32,000 bases of DNA from Methanothermus fervidus DSM 2088 (lineage in GTDB: Archaea; Methanobacteriota; Methanobacteria; DSM-2088; Methanothermaceae), in assembly GCA_000166095.1 (NCBI GenBank), contig CP002278.1, positions 930,001-962,000 of the forward strand. The letters run 5' to 3'. Position 1 is the stretch's first letter. The number at the start of each line of letters is the position of its first letter. Positions 26,912-32,000 of this stretch are shown in pieces. The position numbers were made by a program, and so were the translations under genes. The notes under the pieces were generated by a model. That model was given only the letters and a program-made list of their open reading frames with translations, searched no databases and was not told the origin of the DNA.

Positions 26912-27780
26912 ATACAAAGACGATTTTATTCACAAAAATGCATGCATTGGGAAACGATTATATATTAATTGATGAGACTCGAGGAGAAATTGTTAAAGAA
27001 AGAGAAAAACCTGAATTCGTGAAAAAAATTTGTGATAGGAACTTTGGGGTTGGCGGGGATGGAGTAATTTTTGTTTCAAAATCTGATAATTTGGATATTA
27101 AATTTAGGATTTTTAATGCAGATGGTAGTGAAGCTGAGATGTGTGGGAATGGAATAAGATGTTTTGCAAAATATGTATATGAAAAAGGTATATTAAGAAA
27201 GAAAAGAATGAAAGTTGAAACTTTAGCTGGCGAAAAAATTCTAAACTTAAAGACGAAAAATAATCTTGTTGAATCTATAAAAGTAGATATGGGGTTAGCA
27301 ACTTTTAAAAGTGAAAAAATACCTGTAAAAACTAAAGATAAGACATTCATAAATAAAGTTTGTAAATTAAATGACAAAAAAATAAAATTAAGTGCTGTAA
27401 ACGTTGGTAATCCTCACACTGTTATTTTTGTGGATGAAGTATCTAGAGATTATGCAGAGAAAATAGGACCAGTAATAGAAAATCATCCAATTTTTCCAGA
27501 AAGAACAAATGTAAATTTTGTTAAGGTGTTAAATCCAAATGAAATTAAAATGATTACATGGGAACGTGGTGTAGGTATTACTTTAGCATGTGGCACAGGT
27601 GCAGTAGCATCTACAATAGTTGGTAGAAAACTAGGGAAATTAAATAAAGAAGTTACAGTTAATTTACCTGGCGGCAGGTTAAAAATAGAGATTTATGAAA
27701 AAAATAATAAAATAGGGGCATTCATGGAAGGTAAGGCTACTATGGTCTTTGAAGGAATATTATCAATGCCATGGCAATAG
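26908..27780 (+). CDS. dapF: Diaminopimelate epimerase
   Basis: [13 protein letters not shown]. The two catalytic Cys contexts MCGNGIRCF and [14 protein letters not shown] overlap with lysA. Confidence 0.95.
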   Translation: MNTKTILFTKMHALGNDYILIDETRGEIVKEREKPEFVKKICDRNFGVGGDGVIFVSKSDNLDIKFRIFNADGSEAEMCGNGIRCFAKYVYEKGILRKKRMKVETLAGEKILNLKTKNNLVESIKVDMGLATFKSEKIPVKTKDKTFINKVCKLNDKKIKLSAVNVGNPHTVIFVDEVSRDYAEKIGPVIENHPIFPERTNVNFVKVLNPNEIKMITWERGVGITLACGTGAVASTIVGRKLGKLNKEVTVNLPGGRLKIEIYEKNNKIGAFMEGKATMVFEGILSMPWQ

Positions 27781-27788
27781 GTGGTACA

Positions 27789-29120
27789 ATGCTAGGAAAA
27801 TTAGGTGAAAAATTAAGAAAAAGTATAAAAAAATTAGCAAAGATGCCAATAGTAGATGAAAAAGTAGTCAAAGAAGTAATTAAGGATTTACAGAGAGCAT
27901 TGATACAAGCTGATGTCAATGTAAAATTAGTGTTTAAACTCTCAAAATCAATAGAAAAAAGGGCTCTAAAAGAAGAACCACCAAAAGGTATAACTCCAAA
28001 AGAACACGTCATAAAAATAGTATATGAAGAATTAACAAAATTATTAGGTAAGAAATCATATAAACTTAAAATAGATAAGAAACCTTACAAGATTCTTTTT
28101 GTAGGGTTACAAGGTAGTGGAAAAACAACTACAGTTGCAAAATTAGCTCATTATTTACGGTTAAAAGGTTATAATTCAGCTGTTGTATGTACAGATACCT
28201 GGAGAACTGCTGCTTATGATCAATTAAAACAGCTTACTGAAGAAATAAATGTACCAATGTATGGAGATCCAAATGAAGATAATCCCATACGATTAGCTAA
28301 AGAAGGATTAAATAAATTCAAAAATTATGATGTAATACTATTTGATACTGCTGGTAGACATAAAAATGAGAAGGAATTATTAGATGAAATGGAAATGCTT
28401 AGCAAGGAAATAAACCCTGATGAAATAATTCTTGTTATTGATGGAACAATAGGACAGCAAGCTAAATCTCAAGCAAAAGCATTTTCTGAGAGGGTTAAAA
28501 TTGGATCAATAATTGTTACAAAACTTGATGGATCAGCGAAAGGTGGTGGAGCACTTTCTGCAGTGTCTGAAGTTGGAGCACCAATAAAATTCATTGGGAC
28601 TGGGGAAAAAATAGATGATTTAGAGGAATTTGATCCAGCAAGGTTTATGTCCAGATTGTTAGGCATGGGTGATATAAAGAGCTTAATAGAAAAATTTGAG
28701 AGGGTTGTTGAAGAAGAAGATAAAATTTCAGAAACTGTAGACACAATGCTATCAGGAAAGTTTACATTAAAGGATTTAAAGACACAATTTGAAACTATGA
28801 AGAAAATGGGTCCTTTAAAACAAATATTAAATATGTTACCTTTAGCTGGTAACATTCCTAAAAACTTTTCAAAAATAACTGAAGATAAAATCAAGAAATA
28901 TTGTGTGATTATGGATTCAATGACTGAAGAAGAATTGGAAAATCCAAGGATAATAAAATACTCAAGAGTGAAAAGAATAGCTAGAGGTGCAGGTGTAAGA
29001 AACGAAGATGTTAGGGAGCTACTAAGATATTATAAAACTACAAAAAAGGCTTTGAAAGGCTTTGAAAGACGTAAACTAGGTGGCCCAATACAAAGTATAC
29101 TAAAACAAATCATGCGTTAG
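27789..29120 (+). CDS. srp54: Signal recognition particle protein SRP54
   Basis: N domain MLGKLGEKL... G domain [10 protein letters not shown] / DTAGRH / TKLDG. Met-rich M domain ([15 protein letters not shown]). The ATG at 27789 follows AGGTGG. Confidence 0.95.
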   Translation: MLGKLGEKLRKSIKKLAKMPIVDEKVVKEVIKDLQRALIQADVNVKLVFKLSKSIEKRALKEEPPKGITPKEHVIKIVYEELTKLLGKKSYKLKIDKKPYKILFVGLQGSGKTTTVAKLAHYLRLKGYNSAVVCTDTWRTAAYDQLKQLTEEINVPMYGDPNEDNPIRLAKEGLNKFKNYDVILFDTAGRHKNEKELLDEMEMLSKEINPDEIILVIDGTIGQQAKSQAKAFSERVKIGSIIVTKLDGSAKGGGALSAVSEVGAPIKFIGTGEKIDDLEEFDPARFMSRLLGMGDIKSLIEKFERVVEEEDKISETVDTMLSGKFTLKDLKTQFETMKKMGPLKQILNMLPLAGNIPKNFSKITEDKIKKYCVIMDSMTEEELENPRIIKYSRVKRIARGAGVRNEDVRELLRYYKTTKKALKGFERRKLGGPIQSILKQIMR

Positions 29121-29128
29121 TGATCGGC

Positions 29129-30334
29129 ATGAAAGAGATTGTGAAAGAAATAATAGAATCAACAGGAGGTGCAATTTGCGAACGTTGTCTTGGGAGAATA
29201 TTATCAAGAGAACTTAAAGTTGAAGGGCATGATAATTTAGAAAGAGGTAAAAAAATAAAAGAAAAATTAAATTTAGACTTAAAATCAGAAAATAGATGTT
29301 ATATATGTGATAATATATTTGATAAAATAGATGAAGCTGCAGAAAAAGCAGAAGATAAAATAAATGAATTAGATATTGAGTTTTCAACATTTTTAGTTGG
29401 AAGTACTTTACCACCTGACATGTTACAACGTGATAAGGAAATTACTAGTCTTGTGTCTAAAGCTGAAAGCATTAAAAAAGATATAAATAGAGAAATAGGA
29501 AAACGGTTACGAAGAAAATTGAAAAAAAGGGTGGACTACCAAAACCCAGATATAGTAGTAAAAGTCAATTTTAGATATAAAGATCCAAATGTATACATAC
29601 AAATAAATCCATTGTATCTGGAAGGAAGATATAGAAAACTTGTAAGAGGTATTCCACAAACTAAATGGCCTTGCAAACATTGTAGAGGGAAAGGATGTCC
29701 AAAATGTAATTTCAAAGGTAAAATGTATGAAGAATCTGTTGAAGAAATTATAGCAGGACCACTCATTGAAGCAACGAAAGCAAGGGAAAGCAAATTTCAT
29801 GGTGCAGGAAGGGAAGACATAGATGTAAGGATGCTTGGTAAAGGACGTCCATTTGTAATAGAACTTAAAGAACCAAGACGTAGAAAACTAGATTTAGACA
29901 AAATTGTCGATGAAATAAATAAAAGTGCTGAAGGAAAAGTTGAAGTACTCTTCCTTAAGTATACTAATAGATCAAGAATAGTAGAGTTAAAAAGTATCAA
30001 AAGTTATAAAGTGTATAGAGCAATAGCTGAAATTGAAGGAAAAATAAAAGAAGAAGATCTAAAAAAGATTGAACCTTCGTTTATTGTTAAACAAAGGACA
30101 CCGTTACGAGTTTCCCATAGAAGGGCTGATAAAGTTAGAATAAGAAAAGTTTATGATATAAAACCAAAAATTTTGGATGAAAATACAATAGAACTCAAAA
30201 TAAAGGCTGAAGGTGGATTATATATAAAGGAATTAATTTCAGGGGATGAAGGTAGAACAAAACCAAGCATAACTGAAATGTTGGGAAAGCAAGCAAAATG
30301 TATAAAGTTAGATGTTATTGACATTGGAATTTAA
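29129..30334 (+). CDS. pus10: tRNA pseudouridine(54/55) synthase Pus10
   Basis: N-terminal zinc motif CERCLGR...CYICDN. Internal CKHCRGKGCPKCNFKG knuckle. C-terminal catalytic region (GREDIDVRMLG.GRPF, RTPLRVSHRRADKVR, GGLYIKELISGD.GRT.PS). The start could be the GTG at 29120 or the ATG at 29129. Confidence 0.85.
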   Translation: MKEIVKEIIESTGGAICERCLGRILSRELKVEGHDNLERGKKIKEKLNLDLKSENRCYICDNIFDKIDEAAEKAEDKINELDIEFSTFLVGSTLPPDMLQRDKEITSLVSKAESIKKDINREIGKRLRRKLKKRVDYQNPDIVVKVNFRYKDPNVYIQINPLYLEGRYRKLVRGIPQTKWPCKHCRGKGCPKCNFKGKMYEESVEEIIAGPLIEATKARESKFHGAGREDIDVRMLGKGRPFVIELKEPRRRKLDLDKIVDEINKSAEGKVEVLFLKYTNRSRIVELKSIKSYKVYRAIAEIEGKIKEEDLKKIEPSFIVKQRTPLRVSHRRADKVRIRKVYDIKPKILDENTIELKIKAEGGLYIKELISGDEGRTKPSITEMLGKQAKCIKLDVIDIGI

Positions 30335-30349
30335 TTGGAGGTTTTATTA

Positions 30350-30643
30350 ATGAAAGGTTCAAAGGGATTGAGAAGTGGAACTAGGTATAAATTCAAAAAG
30401 AAAAAAAGACCAGGAATGACTAATCCAATAACAAGAATGATACAAAGATTTGAAAAAGGTGATAAAGTTCACATAATAGTGGATCCTAGTATTCATAAAG
30501 GCCAACCACATCATAGATTCCACGGTAAAACAGGAGAAGTAATTGGAAAGAGAGGAAAATGTTATTTAATATCTGTAAGAGATGGTAATAAAGAAAAAAT
30601 AGTTATAAGTAGGCCTGAGCACTTAAGACCTCAAAAGCAGTGA
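30350..30643 (+). CDS. rpl21e: 50S ribosomal protein L21e
   Basis: 97 aa from the ATG at 30350 (GGAGGT upstream). [13 protein letters not shown]...[24 protein letters not shown]. Confidence 0.95.
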   Translation: MKGSKGLRSGTRYKFKKKKRPGMTNPITRMIQRFEKGDKVHIIVDPSIHKGQPHHRFHGKTGEVIGKRGKCYLISVRDGNKEKIVISRPEHLRPQKQ

Positions 30644-30648
30644 TATCG

Positions 30649-30990
30649 ATGATTGCTAAAGAAATTATAGAATCAACACCAGTTCCATTGCCTGTGGTTA
30701 AAGAAATGTTGGAAGAACTTGGCAAGGAGTATGAACTAACACGAGAACAAAAATTAATTTTAGAACATATCAGTAAATTCGTAAAATTGAGTGCAAAGGA
30801 AGCTATGGAACTCACAGACAAAATAGAAGAGATAGTAGGTGATAGAAGGATTGCCGTGCACATAGTAAACATAATGCCTGAAGATCTTGTAGAGTTACAT
30901 GCATTATTAAGCAAAGAAAAAGTTTCATTAGGAAAGGAGGAAATGAAAAAAATTCTCAAAATTGTTAAAGAATATAAGAAAACTGAATAG
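30649..30990 (+). CDS. rpoF: DNA-directed RNA polymerase subunit F (Rpo4)
   Basis: About 113 aa, acidic and helical, in the conserved archaeal L21e-RpoF-DUF655-KsgA position. The sequence pattern (..A.V.E.L.........E.......H...F.K...E.A.EL...L) is compatible with Rpb4/RpoF. The GTG at 30640 is an alternative start. Confidence 0.7.
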   Translation: MIAKEIIESTPVPLPVVKEMLEELGKEYELTREQKLILEHISKFVKLSAKEAMELTDKIEEIVGDRRIAVHIVNIMPEDLVELHALLSKEKVSLGKEEMKKILKIVKEYKKTE

Positions 30991-31001
30991 CATGTGATTG
31001 G

Positions 31002-31607
31002 ATGGAAAAATATGCTATTATTTTAGATTATCTTCCTCATGGGTACATAGAGGAAGGAAGGCCTTTCTTTAGGAAGCGGCCAGTAGCACAGGCCATAGGG
31101 AAAGATGAATTTACATTGTTAGAATTAATACCAAAACCTGGAGTAGAATTAGACATACATGAAGAAGTTTATATTGGGCCTGGAAAACGTGATAAAATAG
31201 CTAGAGTTAACAGACGATTAACAGCTAGAGAGTTAACAGCTACAGCTCGCGTAGAGTTACCATACGTAGTCGAAGAAATTGTTAGATCAAGAGAAAATGA
31301 ATTTGTAGAATTTTTCAATAAAGCTACATCAATAAGTACTCGATTACACCAATTAGAGTTGTTACCAGGTATAGGAAAAAAATATATGTGGGAAATAATA
31401 AAAGCTCGTGAAAAAGAACCATTTAAAAGCTTTGAAGATATAAAAAAAAGAGTACCAAGTTTATCAGATCCTGTAAAAATTTTAGTTAAAAGAATACTTC
31501 TTGAATTAAATTTAGATGGAGGTAGTAAGGAAAAAGGAAAGAGAGGTAAACGAAAATATATACTGTTTGTAAAAGGTCTGAAGCGTAGGAGTAGAAGAAG
31601 ACGGTGA
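31002..31607 (+). CDS. DUF655-family putative nucleic-acid-binding protein (OB fold + helix-hairpin-helix), highly basic C-terminal tail
   Basis: N-terminus EKYAIILDYLPHGY.....PVAQAIG...FTLLE and an HhH-like segment LHQLELLPGIGKK...I...R are typical of the archaeal DUF655 gene found between rpoF and ksgA. Confidence 0.75.
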   Translation: MEKYAIILDYLPHGYIEEGRPFFRKRPVAQAIGKDEFTLLELIPKPGVELDIHEEVYIGPGKRDKIARVNRRLTARELTATARVELPYVVEEIVRSRENEFVEFFNKATSISTRLHQLELLPGIGKKYMWEIIKAREKEPFKSFEDIKKRVPSLSDPVKILVKRILLELNLDGGSKEKGKRGKRKYILFVKGLKRRSRRRR

Positions 31608-32000
31608 TCATAATATCATCATTACTCCATGAAACAAAATATATCTTAAAAAAATACAACATCTCTTTGAGTCGAAGATTGGGACAGAATTTTTTGATTA
31701 ATGAATATATAAGGAATAAAATAATTAATTATGCAAATTTAAACAAGAAAGATACAGTGTTAGAAATTGGTCCGGGGATAGGAACTCTTACAATTCCAAT
31801 GGCTAAATATGCAAAAAAAGTGATAGCAATAGAAAAAGATTGTAAGATGGTTGAAATACTGAAAGACAGAATTCATGATCTTAAAATTGATAACATAGAA
31901 ATTATTAATGCAGATGCTCTTAAAATTAAATTCCCAAAGTTTAACAAAGTAGTTTCTAATTTACCATACACCATCTCCTCTCCAATAACATTTAAGTTAT
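31604..32000 (+). CDS. ksgA: 16S rRNA (adenine-N6,N6)-dimethyltransferase KsgA/RsmA (Dim1), 3'-truncated by window edge
   Basis: Not in the ORF track because it runs off the window. Hand translation from the GTG at 31604 (GTGA overlap with the DUF655 stop) gives ..LSRRLGQNFLINE....I...A.L.K.DTVLEIGPGIGTLT......AKKVIAIEKD......L......NIEIINADALK......NKVVSNLPY.ISSPITFKL. These are the classical KsgA SAM-binding motifs. The TTG at 31667 is an alternative start. Confidence 0.9.
   Translation, partial: MIIISSLLHETKYILKKYNISLSRRLGQNFLINEYIRNKIINYANLNKKDTVLEIGPGIGTLTIPMAKYAKKVIAIEKDCKMVEILKDRIHDLKIDNIEIINADALKIKFPKFNKVVSNLPYTISSPITFKL

Noticed and set aside
29048-29067. Tandem 10-bp direct repeat GGCTTTGAAA GGCTTTGAAA inside the srp54 C-terminal region.
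   Set aside because: It is only two copies, read through in frame (..ALKGFER..) without disrupting the ORF. It is most simply a chance or slippage duplication in a variable basic tail and shows no sign of regulatory or repeat-element function.
1-32000. CRISPR arrays, IS elements/transposases, integrases, prophage genes, rRNA or additional tRNA/ncRNA genes.
   Set aside because: I saw no spaced direct repeats and no transposase or integrase motifs. The only GC-rich island outside coding sequence is the tRNA-Arg. The remaining intergenic regions are short (2-180 bp) and uniformly AT-rich. No C/D-box (RUGAUGA...CUGA) pair was found in them.

Overview
AT-rich (roughly 30% GC by eye) chromosomal segment of a hydrogenotrophic methanogenic archaeon. 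Gene content and order resemble Methanobacteriales/Methanococcales, and the K/E/I-rich proteins suggest a thermophile. The window is densely coding, with strong GGAGG/GGTGA-type ribosome-binding sites and many overlapping stop/start junctions.

Left to right:
- The 3' part of a tungsten-type formylmethanofuran dehydrogenase operon, fwd(F)GDACB (+).
- A convergent wtpABC-like tungstate/molybdate ABC importer (-).
- A tightly packed operon of a PHP phosphoesterase, a LeuA-family synthase and an orphan nitrogenase-component-1-like protein (methanogenesis marker 13 / NflD / CfbD-like) (-).
- tRNA-Arg(UCG) (-) and thrS (+).
- An expanded feo locus: a triple-FeoA fusion, two single FeoA genes, FeoB and a translationally coupled 4-TM protein (-).
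- A small membrane protein divergent from PadR plus an ABC-2 exporter, then a stomatin/SPFH protein and a gamma-carbonic-anhydrase-like protein (+).
- A fused ADP-forming acetyl-CoA synthetase (-).
- A long + strand run: small ORF, secreted caspase-like (peptidase C14) protein with CARDB-like C-terminal domains, lysA, dapF, srp54, pus10, rpl21e, rpoF, DUF655 and ksgA (3' truncated by the window).

I saw no CRISPR array, transposase, integrase, rRNA or obvious prophage material.

Most worth a second look:
- The signal-peptide-bearing caspase-like/CARDB protein and its abutting small ORF.
- The five-FeoA-domain feo locus with an ATGA-coupled unknown membrane protein.
- A tRNA-Arg carrying a G3:U70 pair, the alanine identity element.
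- The PHP-LeuA-NflD-like operon next to the W/Mo importer.
- Two perfect inverted repeats in promoter regions.

All functional calls rest on motif and family recognition by eye plus synteny. No database search was possible.
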